Shown: in pieces, positions 38,886 to 49,482 of the stretch
How the letters are laid out: each line of letters starts with the position of its first letter
Position numbering within the stretch: the first letter of the stretch is position 1
DNA from: Geopsychrobacteraceae bacterium
GTDB lineage: Bacteria > Desulfobacterota > Desulfuromonadia > Desulfuromonadales > Geopsychrobacteraceae
Direction: 5' to 3'
NCBI GenBank assembly: GCA_963676795.2
Contig: CAXXTB010000002.1
Coordinates: forward strand, 1,536,001 to 1,600,000
Length of the DNA: 64,000 bases
Notes under the pieces: generated by a model
Databases searched by the model: none
The model's input: the letters and a program-made list of their open reading frames with translations, nothing else
What the model was told of the DNA's origin: nothing
Program-made: the position numbers and the translations under genes

Positions 38886-39928
38886 ACGCGCTCCTGTTCG
38901 ACCTGGCGGTCTCTTTGCATTTGAGGTTCGGTTAAGGTGATCCAACCCTGTGGGTCCGGATTGCTTTCATCAAGCACAATGGCTGCGCGCTGAATAAAAG
39001 CGATGGTCTGTTGATGGCAGTCGATAACCATTGTGTCACACTTGGCCTGGAGCTGATGTACTGGGCCGATCCCCTCGACACGAATGTTTGGGATCTCTCT
39101 GACAATTTCAAGCTGAAGCACATTGGCACCCCGGATCAGTCCGCTCAGCTTCAGGGTCAGTTCTGATGCAAATGGCATTTTGAAGCGCTGGTCGAGAGGC
39201 GCAACATTGAACAGCTCTTCAGGCGGCGTTGACGCGAAAGGGTAGAGTCCCTGGCTGACCGCCTGCTCGTCGATGCTGTACTTGAGTTGACTACGTAGTT
39301 CCCAGTGCGGAGCCAGCGGTCCAAACCCCGCGGGCTGGACACGGTCGCCCGGAGCGCAGATCTGCGGATTGCAGTATTCGATCTGCGGTAAGGTCAGCCC
39401 CGAGGTGCGCAAACCACGCAGGCTGTAGCCGCAACCGGCAGGGTTGGCGGCACAATATGCATCCTTATTATGCGGATCGAAACCCCCATAGGCTTTTTCG
39501 TAGCCGAGTTCGAGCTCGCTATCCAGGGCCTGCGGTTTGGCGGGGATGGCGGTCAGCAGTTTCTTTTGCCAGTGCCGGATACCGAAGATCTGCAGCTCCT
39601 TGTGCCAGTGCTGTTGCTCCTGCTGCAGGCTGACAGCGATGCCCCGGCTGCCAAAGCGCTCGGCTGTCGGCTGGGCGCTGCCATACAGATAGAGCTCAGC
39701 CCCCTGTTTATACGGCATGATTTCTCCCGCGGCGCATAAGCTTGAATTTTCAGGATCATCACGATATTCGTCGGCGTCGATAATCGGCAGTGTCGTCGGC
39801 CTCAGTTTCCCTTTCTCATCGAACTTGAACCCGCTCTTGACCACCAGCGTCTGTTGCCGCTGGCCGGTGCGGCTCCAGCCAGGAAAAAGTTCAGCTGAGA
39901 CTCCGGTCTTATTGTCAAGCTGGATCAT
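38882..39928 (-). CDS. DUF2169 family T6SS accessory/chaperone protein
   Basis: TLVVKSGF, PYKQGAELYLYGSA, YEKAYGG, NPAGCG, PAGFGPLAPHW, FNVAPLDQ, CDTMVID. Confidence 0.88.
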   Translation of the reverse strand: MIQLDNKTGVSAELFPGWSRTGQRQQTLVVKSGFKFDEKGKLRPTTLPIIDADEYRDDPENSSLCAAGEIMPYKQGAELYLYGSAQPTAERFGSRGIAVSLQQEQQHWHKELQIFGIRHWQKKLLTAIPAKPQALDSELELGYEKAYGGFDPHNKDAYCAANPAGCGYSLRGLRTSGLTLPQIEYCNPQICAPGDRVQPAGFGPLAPHWELRSQLKYSIDEQAVSQGLYPFASTPPEELFNVAPLDQRFKMPFASELTLKLSGLIRGANVLQLEIVREIPNIRVEGIGPVHQLQAKCDTMVIDCHQQTIAFIQRAAIVLDESNPDPQGWITLTEPQMQRDRQVEQERV

Positions 39929-41109
39929 GCTGATCCTCCGTTTACGACCAGCATGACACGTTTGGTTCGCAACAAACTTTGCGCGCTGAGATTCACCGGT
40001 CGCTTCTGCAACCAGGACAGCAGCGGAATCAAGCTGGTGCTGAATTGACCTGTCCAGTTGATAATCGCTGATTCAACCAGCTTGGCCGTCATGACCTGGC
40101 CGAAAATCAGCCGTTGTCCATCCTCCAGGGTCGGGCGTATGGCATACCACCAGTGTCGTGAGGATCCGCTCTGTTCTGCAGACTCTGGCTGGACCAGACG
40201 CAGATGCGGATCAATTTTCAGATGCTTGCCGCTGAGCCATTGCCAGGCGGCTTCGAGTTGCACTTCGTGTTCCTCGCGGTGGGGCAGTTGCAGCAATTTG
40301 TCGATTGCCGCTTTGCTTCCGTGAATTGCCAACAACCTGGCAGCGACGTCCGGATGTTGCGCCGATTTCTGCGCGATCAGATCTTCGATACCGTAAACCC
40401 CGGCAATGGCACCAATCTCCAGTAGCTGGATCAATGTCTCCGGATCATCTTCGGTTTCAATGGCTCGCCAGAGCGGCTTGATAAAATCATCACTGCCGCG
40501 CAGCAGCATGCCACGAAACGCACAGACAAGCAGCTTGCCCGCAGGGCGATTGGATAACTGGCCGGAACCTAAGCCCTGATAGTATTTTTTGAACAGTTCT
40601 CCACTAAAGACATCCCAGCTGGTGGCGTAATCCAGCGCTGCAACCTGCAACTCAGTCTGTTGCCGTTGCAATTCAGCTGCGGAAATCAGCCCGGCTGGCA
40701 CCTTGTCGCGGCGCAGCCGCCAGAGATTGAAAAGGACAGCTCTCAATCCTTCGTCCTGCTGATATAGTCGTTGCAGATCATCGAAAGAACAGAGCTGCGG
40801 AGTGACACAGAGTGCGTCGATTGCTCCCTGGCGGGTCTCTTCTTTACCCAGATAGCAGCGTATGCACTCTGCACTGATTTCATTGCCCGCCAGGAAGTTG
40901 AGATTCAGATTCACAAAGCAGCCGCTGCGATCCTGATCCTTGGGACAGAGCTCTGGAGCAAAAGAGAGCACATGAAGATGGATCATCAGATGATCTTCAG
41001 TGTGCTCAAGAGCCTTGGCGGAAATCAGTGGTTGTTGCTGAAGTTGACAGCGCTGCTCATAGAGCAGACCCGCACGCTGGGCATGATGTTTGAGAGAACG
41101 TGTTGACAT
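39925..41109 (-). CDS. TIGR02270-like (HEAT-repeat) T6SS accessory protein
   Basis: HAQRAGLLYEQR...LEHTEDHLMIHLHVL N-terminus, AAWQWLSG, WWY...RLIFGQ. Canonical position upstream of DUF2169. Confidence 0.6.
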   Translation of the reverse strand: MSTRSLKHHAQRAGLLYEQRCQLQQQPLISAKALEHTEDHLMIHLHVLSFAPELCPKDQDRSGCFVNLNLNFLAGNEISAECIRCYLGKEETRQGAIDALCVTPQLCSFDDLQRLYQQDEGLRAVLFNLWRLRRDKVPAGLISAAELQRQQTELQVAALDYATSWDVFSGELFKKYYQGLGSGQLSNRPAGKLLVCAFRGMLLRGSDDFIKPLWRAIETEDDPETLIQLLEIGAIAGVYGIEDLIAQKSAQHPDVAARLLAIHGSKAAIDKLLQLPHREEHEVQLEAAWQWLSGKHLKIDPHLRLVQPESAEQSGSSRHWWYAIRPTLEDGQRLIFGQVMTAKLVESAIINWTGQFSTSLIPLLSWLQKRPVNLSAQSLLRTKRVMLVVNGGSA

Positions 41110-41540
41110 CAGTTAAGCTCGATGACCGATCCCTGCAGCCTTACGGGGCCACTGGCCTGATTGATGATCTGTTTGCCGTCGATAAAAATCTGACCATCGG
41201 CATTTATACGGACACTGCCATGTGCTGTTTTAAGACAGAGGTCACTTTCGCAGCTTATGGTGCAGACCCCTTCAATCAGTTCAAAGCGCGGCGCCGGGGC
41301 TTCGTCCGGGGCTGCGATTCTGCCGCTGACAACCAGTCCGGATGGAGTTTCGCAGACCAGTACCTGATCACCGAAGTTCACTCTGCTGACTTGATCGAGC
41401 TGTGCAACGACCGGAATCTCACAACCCTCCAGCAGGACGCTCCGGGCTCGTCCGTTCACGACGCTGCAGACGCAGGCAAGCTGCGTTACCGCTGTCGTCC
41501 GGGGTTGCTGATAGGTATAGAGTTTTGCTTTCATATGCAT
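41109..41540 (-). CDS. DUF6484-like small protein (VgrG/gp5 fragment-like)
   Basis: GDQVLV...LVVSGRI, LCLKTAHGSVRINADGQIFIDGKQIINQASGPVRLQGSVIELN; follows vgrG. Confidence 0.6.
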   Translation of the reverse strand: MHMKAKLYTYQQPRTTAVTQLACVCSVVNGRARSVLLEGCEIPVVAQLDQVSRVNFGDQVLVCETPSGLVVSGRIAAPDEAPAPRFELIEGVCTISCESDLCLKTAHGSVRINADGQIFIDGKQIINQASGPVRLQGSVIELN

Positions 41541-41550
41541 CTGTGTCCTT

Positions 41551-41922
41551 TCAGGATATCCCGTTGATCAGTCCGTTTTGTCGCTGAACGATTCTGCAGA
41601 TGATAGCGCGCAGCTTCTGATTGACGTCCGTCACAAAACGGATCCGTCCGGTTTCAGAACAGAGCAGACAGAGTTCATCGCGGATCTGCAGCATCAGCTC
41701 GGTGAAATAATGCTCCAGTTGCCGCTGGATAAGTAGACGCGTGTCTTCGGCCTCGAGTATTTCGCTCAAAAGCGGTTGCGTCAGTTGTCTGTTGTAGGTT
41801 GCGTTGCAAAAAAGCTGGGCGTGCTGCCAGGTTCTGACCTTGTTGAGGTTCAGCAATATTTTCATAACCAGCAGTTCGATAAGCAGCTCTTTGCTTTCAT
41901 TCAAATCCGTTTCACTTGTCAT
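41551..41922 (-). CDS. Hypothetical protein in the T6SS spike module
   Basis: 123-aa ORF co-oriented with and tightly packed between vgrG and the DUF6484-like gene; no recognised motif. Confidence 0.5.
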   Translation of the reverse strand: MTSETDLNESKELLIELLVMKILLNLNKVRTWQHAQLFCNATYNRQLTQPLLSEILEAEDTRLLIQRQLEHYFTELMLQIRDELCLLCSETGRIRFVTDVNQKLRAIICRIVQRQNGLINGIS

Positions 41923-41964
41923 TTTATCTTCTTCTCATTTGGTTTTCGGGCAGCCGGGCTTCCG

Positions 41965-44025
41965 CTAGTTACCGCCGATGCTGCTCCCTTTCAGGTTGAT
42001 CGAGTTTCCATAGATATTGACCATCGGCCCCTTCAGAGTGAGGTTGCCATCGGTTGACACCTGAATGGTGCCGCTCCCTTGTTTGATTGTGACCGGTCCG
42101 CCTCCGTCTCCCAGTAGGCTGATATTTCTGGCTGCCGAGATACTTAACGCCCCGCTGTTGACCTTGACCTGCATGTCTTCATTGCGTACTTCGATGGACA
42201 GGTTGTTGTTGATGTCGACAACCATGTCCTGGCCGACCGTCATTTCGATATTTTCATTCTCCGCGTCGAACTGGATGTTCTCTTTCGCTTTGAGGCGGAT
42301 GTCAGTTGCCGCCTGCATGCTGATTTCCTGGTTGCGGGTCATCAACTGCTGGGCGTTTTCGACAGTGACGAGGTGATCCTTGCCGACCTGAACCGTCTGG
42401 CTGTCGCCCGACTCGATCAGCATGGTCTTCTTGGCGAAGATCTCCAGCTTACCTTCCTCTGTGGCCAGTCGGATCTTGTGGGCATCTCTGGTTGCGTCCA
42501 GGGTCAGGATATTCTTCCGCTCGGCGGTGAATAGATCGATTTTTTCCTGATCGATCCGGTCGTCCATGCAGAGTTCGTTTCCTGATGCGGTGCGGATGAT
42601 ATTCTGCGTGTTGTTGTCACTGGTAACGATGCTTGGCATCATGTCGGTGGACAGGGCGCCGACAACGACCGGGCGGTTGAGGTCGCCGTTGAGGCAGGAG
42701 ACAACCACATCGGTACCGCCGTGCAGAGGGAAGTGCATGCCGTAATCCTGACCACCGTAAGGCTGAACCAGGCGCACTGGGTGGCTGGCTTCGGCCTCTG
42801 CCGTATTGCTACGGTCGAAATCGGTGCGAATATGATAACGTCCCTGGTCATCGAGAAAGGCATATTGGCTATCCTTGCTCTCGATTCTGGCGCTGAACAG
42901 GCCGAGTACCTGAGGGGTCGGCAGCAGATCAGAGCGATAGGGAGTTCCGGCCTTGATCATTTGCATGGTGGCTGTAAAGGTCGCTGCCTTCGAGCTGCTG
43001 CCGTAGGCCTGCGAGGTGGCCTGATCAGCGCGAAAATCGACTGAGATGATCAGGTACCTGCCGTTCAGATCTGTACAGGGGTGTTCCCTGATGGTCAGCA
43101 TGTAGCCGGGTCTGATCCCTTTGCAGTCAGTGACCGCCATAACGGTTGCCCGCCTGACATCGAGTGCTTCGACACGCAGCTGAGCGACCGTTTCTCCCTC
43201 CTCGGTGGTTGTGAAATGATCACCGTAGACACCCTGAACTCCGCAGCAGTAGGCGTTTTCCGAGCTGGATACACTGTTCAGGAACAGTGAGGGGTCCTGA
43301 TCGTTGTAATCATTGAGCTCAACCAGACCGGGCAATAAGGTCGCGGCCGGCGACAGCTGATAGACCGTTTCGATGGTACGTGCCGCACCGGTCTGCGGCC
43401 GGTAGATCAGGCTGTCGATTTCCGGCATGGCGGGACGTGTGCTGCTGTCATCGCAGAAGACAACCTGAGTCTGATCTTCTTCTGCTTCAAAGCAGAAGAA
43501 GATTCCGGCACGGGCGATCAGGCGCTGCAGAAAATCAAAATCGCTCTCAGCGTACTGAACAATGAACGGGTGTTCCGGGTATTCGGCAGTCAGGTCAAGA
43601 CGGAAACTTCTACTGCCGAAGTTGGCCGTGGCAAAGATCTCTTTGATGATATCCGGCGTCGATTTATTGACAAAGACACGGTTTCTTTTGCTGTTCTTCA
43701 ATGGGGCAAGAGGTGAACTGATAACCGTGCGGTAGGCCATATCTCCGGGGGTCTGACCGATATGGAAAAACCGGGTTACCAGGCCGTTGACGTTGATTAC
43801 CGTGCCTCCCCAATAGATTTCAAGTGTAGCACAGTTGCCGATGACAGTGCCGGTATTGAGAATGCTATTGGCTGTGACATCGACACTGAAGCTGTAATCT
43901 CGCGATATGCCGTAGTGACTGCCGGTAAATGCGGTGACACTGAAGCTGTTGTCCGGAACTGTGCGGATCAGCAATTTATAATGACTGGTATTCGCCTGGT
44001 GTTTCAGCGCTGTAATTGCTTGCAT
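41965..44025 (-). CDS. vgrG: T6SS spike protein VgrG
   Basis: VQYAESDFDFLQRL...GIFF, LNDYN, LDDQGRY, GMHFPLHGGTDVVV...GDLNRPVVVG, beta-helix-like C-terminus, no toxin extension. Confidence 0.93.
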   Translation of the reverse strand: MQAITALKHQANTSHYKLLIRTVPDNSFSVTAFTGSHYGISRDYSFSVDVTANSILNTGTVIGNCATLEIYWGGTVINVNGLVTRFFHIGQTPGDMAYRTVISSPLAPLKNSKRNRVFVNKSTPDIIKEIFATANFGSRSFRLDLTAEYPEHPFIVQYAESDFDFLQRLIARAGIFFCFEAEEDQTQVVFCDDSSTRPAMPEIDSLIYRPQTGAARTIETVYQLSPAATLLPGLVELNDYNDQDPSLFLNSVSSSENAYCCGVQGVYGDHFTTTEEGETVAQLRVEALDVRRATVMAVTDCKGIRPGYMLTIREHPCTDLNGRYLIISVDFRADQATSQAYGSSSKAATFTATMQMIKAGTPYRSDLLPTPQVLGLFSARIESKDSQYAFLDDQGRYHIRTDFDRSNTAEAEASHPVRLVQPYGGQDYGMHFPLHGGTDVVVSCLNGDLNRPVVVGALSTDMMPSIVTSDNNTQNIIRTASGNELCMDDRIDQEKIDLFTAERKNILTLDATRDAHKIRLATEEGKLEIFAKKTMLIESGDSQTVQVGKDHLVTVENAQQLMTRNQEISMQAATDIRLKAKENIQFDAENENIEMTVGQDMVVDINNNLSIEVRNEDMQVKVNSGALSISAARNISLLGDGGGPVTIKQGSGTIQVSTDGNLTLKGPMVNIYGNSINLKGSSIGGN

Positions 44026-44048
44026 GAGTTATCCCCTCTGTTTCTCAT

Positions 44049-46730
44049 TCACAGACAGGCGACGGCGGCTACGCGGTTTTCTGCGGCCGTTTCGTCTGCG
44101 ATCAGATCACTGAAAATACAACTGAGTTCTCCCTGGTCGTTCAGTTCGAGACGAATCAACTGCGGCATATCATCATCGGCCATGAACTGCAGCAGACTGC
44201 GCGAAATGCCGGGGAGAAGCTGCTGCTCGATCAGGGTGTGGATCATCCGCGCACCGGTCTCCGGCCGCTGGCAGCGGAAAATCAGGTGTTCGACAACCTC
44301 CGGCTGACAACTCATCTCGATGGCGTGGGCCGCATTGAGGCACTCGGCGACCTGATCGAGACGCTTCATGATAATCGTTCGCAGGCTGTCCTGTTGTAAG
44401 GGGGCCATTGGAACTACCTGGATACGCGCCAGCAGGGCGGCCGGAAAATGCTGCTGCAGAGCTGGCATGACGGTGTTGTACATGGTGACGTAGTCCGGAA
44501 TTTTTTCTTCCGCTTCTTCTGCGCTCTCTGCAGCACTGAAGAGGTCAAGGAGTTCGTCAGCGCCAAGGTTGCTGGTCATGATGATGACAGTGTTTTTGAA
44601 GTCGATTTCCCGTCCTTCGCCGTCGCGCATCAGTCCGCGGTCAAAGACCTGATAGAACATGTTCAGCACGTCCGGATGGGCTTTTTCGACCTCATCGAGA
44701 AGGATCACGCAGTAGGGGCGCTGACGGACCGCCTCGGTGAGGATGCCGCCTTCACCGTAACCGACATAGCCTGGAGGTGAACCTTTGAGCTGGGACACAG
44801 AATGGGCTTCCTGATATTCGCTCATATTGATGGTGACCATGAAGCGTTCACCGCCAAACAGCATGTCCCCGATCGCCCGGGCGGTCTCGGTTTTACCGAC
44901 ACCGCTCGGGCCGGTCAGCATAAAAACTCCGACCGGCCCGCCCCCCTCACCAAGTCCGGATTTGCTGCTGCGCAGAGTCTGCCCTACGGCACTGAGCGAC
45001 GGATACTGCCCGATGATCCGTTCGCTGAGTTTTTCCTCGAAATCGAGCAGGTTGCTGAGTTCGTTTTTAACCATCCGTCCGAGCGGAATACCTGTCCAGT
45101 CGGCGACAACCTGGGCCACGGTCTCCGCGGAGACTTCAGGCTGGACCAGCGGTGCTTTCTCCTGTAGTGCTTCGAGCTGTGCCAGAACCTGCTCCCTCTG
45201 GTGTGGTGCGGCACCAGAGCTGCGCAGCTGCTTGAGCTTTTCGACCAGTCTGACCTCGCTTTGCCAGCGCAGTTCAAGGTCGACCTTTGCGGCGAGAATC
45301 TGGCGTTGCTGGTCTTTGAGCCGGGCAATAACTTTGTCCTCGACAGCAAGTCCCTGGTCCTGTTCGCTTTGCAGGTGCTTCAGCCGGCGCTCAACGAATT
45401 CGAGCTGTTCGCGGATCGTATCGACAGCCGCCGGGGTTGCCGCCTGTCCCATGCCGACTCTTGCCGCAGCCGTATCGAGCAGGTCAATTGCTTTGTCCGG
45501 CAGAAAGCGGCCGCTGATATAGCGGCTTGACAGTTCGACAGCAGCCTCGACGGCGGCTTCAGTGATCAGGACCTGATGATGTTTCTGATAGCGCTCCTTG
45601 AGGCCTCCGAGCATCAGCTTGGCAGTCTCGAGCGACGGTTCGTCGACCTTGACCATCTGGAAGCGACGATCCAGTGCGGCATCGCGTTCAAAATATTTTT
45701 TGTATTCGCACCAGGTCGTCGCAGCCAGAGTCCGCAGCTCACCGCGGGCCAGTGTCGGTTTGAGCAGGTTGGCTGCATCCCCCTGTCCGGCATCCCCTCC
45801 GGCACCGATCAGGGTGTGGGCTTCATCGATGAAGAGAATAATTGGTACTGCGCTGTTACGGATTTCATCGATAACCGCCTTCAGGCGCTTTTCAAATTCT
45901 CCCTTGACCCCGGCTCCGGCCTGAAGCAAGCCAAGGTCGAGACAGATCAGACGGATATCTTTGAGGCAGTCAGGAACGTTTCCTTCAACAATCCGTAGCG
46001 CCAGTCCTTCGACAACGGCTGTCTTGCCGACCCCTGGTTCACCGACCATGATCGGATTGTTCTTGCGCCGGCGGGTCAGAATATCGATCATCTGGCGGAT
46101 TTCATCGTTGCGCCCGAGCACCGGGTCAATATCGCCGCCGCGGGCACGGGCGGTAAAATCGCTTGTGTAGGCGTCGAGGTTGGGAGCTGGGCTTTGCTCT
46201 GCTGCTTTGTTTCCAGCTCCAGGTGCGGTACTGACAGTGGCGGCAGCCGGTCCGCCGCCTTCCTGTGACAACCGGTTCAGTTCAGGATAGCTCCGGATGA
46301 TTTCCTCTGAGCTGATGCCATTGAGCAGCTGCCAGCCTTTGCCCGGCAGCCTCGGTGCCTTCTCCAGCAGGGCTTCGAGCAGTACGCCGGAACGCATCTG
46401 CTCATCGCCGTTGCGCAGTGAACTGATGGTCCAAGCGCGTTCTAACCACTGGACAAGCTGCAGGGATAACGATGGCTTATGCTGATTGTCTGAACGCAGC
46501 CCACTCAGCTGATCAAGCAGCTCCTGCCAGAACTGATCGAGATTGACTTTGAAATGACGCAGCAGCAGATCGAAGTCGCAGTCCCCCTTTTCGAGGAATT
46601 TGAGGACCATATGTTCGATGGTGATATCGTAATGCCCCCGTGTGCCGGCAAAAGCGGCGGCACTTTCAAGGGTGTCAATGCAATATTCATTGAGTTTTTC
46701 AAGCAGCATTTTGATGTGTGTCGGACTCAA
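44049..46730 (-). CDS. tssH: T6SS AAA+ ATPase ClpV
   Basis: [51 protein letters not shown] start with GGAGG RBS. Confidence 0.95.
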   Translation of the reverse strand: MSPTHIKMLLEKLNEYCIDTLESAAAFAGTRGHYDITIEHMVLKFLEKGDCDFDLLLRHFKVNLDQFWQELLDQLSGLRSDNQHKPSLSLQLVQWLERAWTISSLRNGDEQMRSGVLLEALLEKAPRLPGKGWQLLNGISSEEIIRSYPELNRLSQEGGGPAAATVSTAPGAGNKAAEQSPAPNLDAYTSDFTARARGGDIDPVLGRNDEIRQMIDILTRRRKNNPIMVGEPGVGKTAVVEGLALRIVEGNVPDCLKDIRLICLDLGLLQAGAGVKGEFEKRLKAVIDEIRNSAVPIILFIDEAHTLIGAGGDAGQGDAANLLKPTLARGELRTLAATTWCEYKKYFERDAALDRRFQMVKVDEPSLETAKLMLGGLKERYQKHHQVLITEAAVEAAVELSSRYISGRFLPDKAIDLLDTAAARVGMGQAATPAAVDTIREQLEFVERRLKHLQSEQDQGLAVEDKVIARLKDQQRQILAAKVDLELRWQSEVRLVEKLKQLRSSGAAPHQREQVLAQLEALQEKAPLVQPEVSAETVAQVVADWTGIPLGRMVKNELSNLLDFEEKLSERIIGQYPSLSAVGQTLRSSKSGLGEGGGPVGVFMLTGPSGVGKTETARAIGDMLFGGERFMVTINMSEYQEAHSVSQLKGSPPGYVGYGEGGILTEAVRQRPYCVILLDEVEKAHPDVLNMFYQVFDRGLMRDGEGREIDFKNTVIIMTSNLGADELLDLFSAAESAEEAEEKIPDYVTMYNTVMPALQQHFPAALLARIQVVPMAPLQQDSLRTIIMKRLDQVAECLNAAHAIEMSCQPEVVEHLIFRCQRPETGARMIHTLIEQQLLPGISRSLLQFMADDDMPQLIRLELNDQGELSCIFSDLIADETAAENRVAAVACL

Positions 46731-46747
46731 AGCTTCCCTCCATGTGA

Positions 46748-47761
46748 TCAGGCCGCGCTGGCCATGATTTTTTCAATCAGGTTATCGGTTTGTGGCGTTT
46801 TTGCTTGATTGTCGGTCTGTTGGCGGATGTTCAGATTCAGTCGGTGGATTTTTCCGCTACAGTTACCGACACAGGTTGTCCAGCCCAGCAGGCTGTTTTT
46901 CGCACCAAGCTGCCTGTGCTGACCAGCTTCAGGCTGTATCAGCAGAATCAGCTTGATGTCGATGGCCGGATCGATATATTTGCCGATCAGTTCGTTGATT
47001 TCTGCCGCTTTTTCGCGCTGTGGAAAAAATGGCTCCGCTGCGCTCATGTTGATCGGTCCGATCTCTATCCTGATCTGGCTGACGACATCGAGAATCTGGC
47101 TGCCGATCAGGCTGTTGTCACCGAGGCACAGGCCGTTGCCGAGTCCGTTGCGCTCATCGACCCTGATCCACTGCGGAACATTCTGCTGAACCCTGACCGG
47201 GTGGCCGAGAAAGTCCTGAAGCAGGTCGGTCAGGGCCTGTGCTCCTTTGATCCGTCCACCGAGAATGCCGCTGTAATCATTGCGCCCTTTATGTTCGGCG
47301 AATCCTGAGATCGCATTCAGATAGCGGTAGAGCAGGCTCTTGCACTCCTTGCTGCTTTCTGCCCGGTTGAGTTTCTTCCAGCTCAGATAGGCAAGCAGGT
47401 ATAAGCGTCGGTTGAACATGTCGAGAAACGCGCGCAATTCCTGGCTGCCGAAGCTGTCTCTGCTGGCGATGTCGTTGAAAAACTGGGGCAGCGGAGAACT
47501 CACCCCGTAGAGCCCGAGGTCATTGAATTCAAGGCGTAGCCTGCCGTTATTCTGAACGCTCAGATGCCGGAGCTGCCCAGCCGGAAAGGTCAGTTCGGCG
47601 GCGGGCGCCAGATCGAGCATGCTGCTCAGTTCTTGTTCCGCATCGAGGCATTCAAAACTCTGTTCCAGCAGGTAAAGCGCCTGAAAGGCCTCAAAGTGAC
47701 TGCAGCCGCTGTAAAGAGCATCGATTATATGAGGAAATTTTCCCCGAGTAATGGATCCCAT
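46748..47761 (-). CDS. tssG: T6SS baseplate TssG
   Basis: FQALYLLE, GLYGVSSPLP, FLDMFNRR, LGWTT. Confidence 0.88.
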   Translation of the reverse strand: MGSITRGKFPHIIDALYSGCSHFEAFQALYLLEQSFECLDAEQELSSMLDLAPAAELTFPAGQLRHLSVQNNGRLRLEFNDLGLYGVSSPLPQFFNDIASRDSFGSQELRAFLDMFNRRLYLLAYLSWKKLNRAESSKECKSLLYRYLNAISGFAEHKGRNDYSGILGGRIKGAQALTDLLQDFLGHPVRVQQNVPQWIRVDERNGLGNGLCLGDNSLIGSQILDVVSQIRIEIGPINMSAAEPFFPQREKAAEINELIGKYIDPAIDIKLILLIQPEAGQHRQLGAKNSLLGWTTCVGNCSGKIHRLNLNIRQQTDNQAKTPQTDNLIEKIMASAA

Positions 47762-49482
47762 TGATAGCTTGTCCTTGAAGTTAAAAACTGAATGCGGCTC
47801 TGTACGAAGGTGTTGATAGCCACATACATGCTGAAAAAGTGGTGAAGCACTGTGCCAAACAGGTAGCTGTCAGCTTCCGATAAGAACATCTTCTCATCGA
47901 GCGTCAGCCCGATATCTACCCCTTTTAGCATGGCGCCACGGTGAATCTTTGACAGCGGCTGCATGGTGACAGCCTTGAGCGACTGAATACGTTTTTCCGA
48001 CTGCAGCTGATCGCTCCAGTCGTAGAGCGACAACAGCTGCTGCAGCTGTTCGACTGAAGCGATGCTGTTATGGCTGACCGACAGATGGGCGATCAGCGCC
48101 AGCCGGTAGTCGCTGCGTTGCGGCGGCAGGTGCATCTTGCTCGGCCGGGTAATATTGGTCGCGGTGATATGGCTCGGAAAGCCGCTCGCCGGTGACTTGA
48201 TGCTGTCTACTTTCAGATGATTACGGGGAATATCGCCGTTATAGGCCGTGATGGCGCAGCTGATGATATCGTCCTGGTCGCTGAGTGCTCCACCGATCCG
48301 CAGGTAGGTCATCGGGCCGAGTTCTTCGCGAAGACGGTGACTGACCTGATAGTACCTTTGCTTTTTGTCCTGGTAGTTGTAGCGGTGAAGCGGGTTGTAA
48401 ACGGGGAGCATGCCGTCATCCCGTTTGGCACCGCAAACTTCATCGACACTGTAGACCTGAATCGCTCTGGGCAGGTTGTTGTCGGCGACAACATGATATT
48501 CGCTGCGACGCTTATCGACACGGATCGGTTCTCCTGTCTTTTCATAGAGATTGATCGCTGGCACGCAATGCAGCTTGAAGTTTTCGGTCGTGAGGCGCAG
48601 ATCTGCGTCGAGCGGCTCTTTGAGTTCGATGCGGATTTCAAATTCGCTGCAGCGTTCCGGCCAGTTGACGCAATCGAGCTGTTCAATGGAGACAAACTGG
48701 TACTTTTCGCGGAAGCAGAAGTAGTCATGAAGCAGATGGAAACCGACAAATCCGCGTCCGTCAGTCGGTAGCAGCAAGTCGTTTCCCGTGAGGTGACAGG
48801 GAAGCAGGCTGTTCTGCCGGCCGAGACGCTGGGGACGGACCGCCAGTGCCGGAAATGCGATCTGTACCTGAGAGACCTGCGCTGTCAGTGCCCGGTAAAG
48901 CTCAAGGGTGGTCATCGTATCGCCGTGCAGATAAATTTTCAGGTTCTTAAGATCCAGCTGTTGAGCATTGATGTCGTGATCAAACTGAAACCTGAGTTTG
49001 AGCAGCTGTCCTTTGAGCATGCTGTTATCCAGCTCCACCCCGGCCAGACTGAGCGGCTGGAGAATGGTGTCGCCGGTTGTTCTGAAGCGGCAGCTGACCC
49101 ATTCTGAAAATGGAATCAGTTTGCTTTTCGGAAGATTGATGCCGTCGCTGAAGGTCAGGGTCCCTTTGGGAATACAGGTTGTCTCCTTCATCTGCCCCGG
49201 CCGCGGATTGAACTGCATGATCGTGCAGGAAGGAAACGGACGAAGAAAATAGGGGCGGATATGATTCAGCAGGGCTTCAGAAAATTCCGGGATATCGTCA
49301 TCGATACGTCTTTTGACCTCGCCGGTCAAAAACGCCATCCCCTCGAGCAGGCGTTCCACGTAAGGATCCCGGTCTTTGACGTCCTGAAGGTTCAGATGCC
49401 GCGCTTTTTCCGGAAAGGCTCTGGCAAACTCCTGAGCCTCTTCCTGAAGCAGGCGCATTTCCGTGTCAAAGTAGTTACTCAT
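47725..49482 (-). CDS. tssF: T6SS baseplate TssF
   Basis: DPYVERLLEGMAFL, LRPFPS, LLHDYFCFREK, LHCVPAINL, FFSMYVAINTF. Start set at ATG 49482 (MSNYFDTE). Confidence 0.92.
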   Translation of the reverse strand: MSNYFDTEMRLLQEEAQEFARAFPEKARHLNLQDVKDRDPYVERLLEGMAFLTGEVKRRIDDDIPEFSEALLNHIRPYFLRPFPSCTIMQFNPRPGQMKETTCIPKGTLTFSDGINLPKSKLIPFSEWVSCRFRTTGDTILQPLSLAGVELDNSMLKGQLLKLRFQFDHDINAQQLDLKNLKIYLHGDTMTTLELYRALTAQVSQVQIAFPALAVRPQRLGRQNSLLPCHLTGNDLLLPTDGRGFVGFHLLHDYFCFREKYQFVSIEQLDCVNWPERCSEFEIRIELKEPLDADLRLTTENFKLHCVPAINLYEKTGEPIRVDKRRSEYHVVADNNLPRAIQVYSVDEVCGAKRDDGMLPVYNPLHRYNYQDKKQRYYQVSHRLREELGPMTYLRIGGALSDQDDIISCAITAYNGDIPRNHLKVDSIKSPASGFPSHITATNITRPSKMHLPPQRSDYRLALIAHLSVSHNSIASVEQLQQLLSLYDWSDQLQSEKRIQSLKAVTMQPLSKIHRGAMLKGVDIGLTLDEKMFLSEADSYLFGTVLHHFFSMYVAINTFVQSRIQFLTSRTSYQWDPLLGENFLI

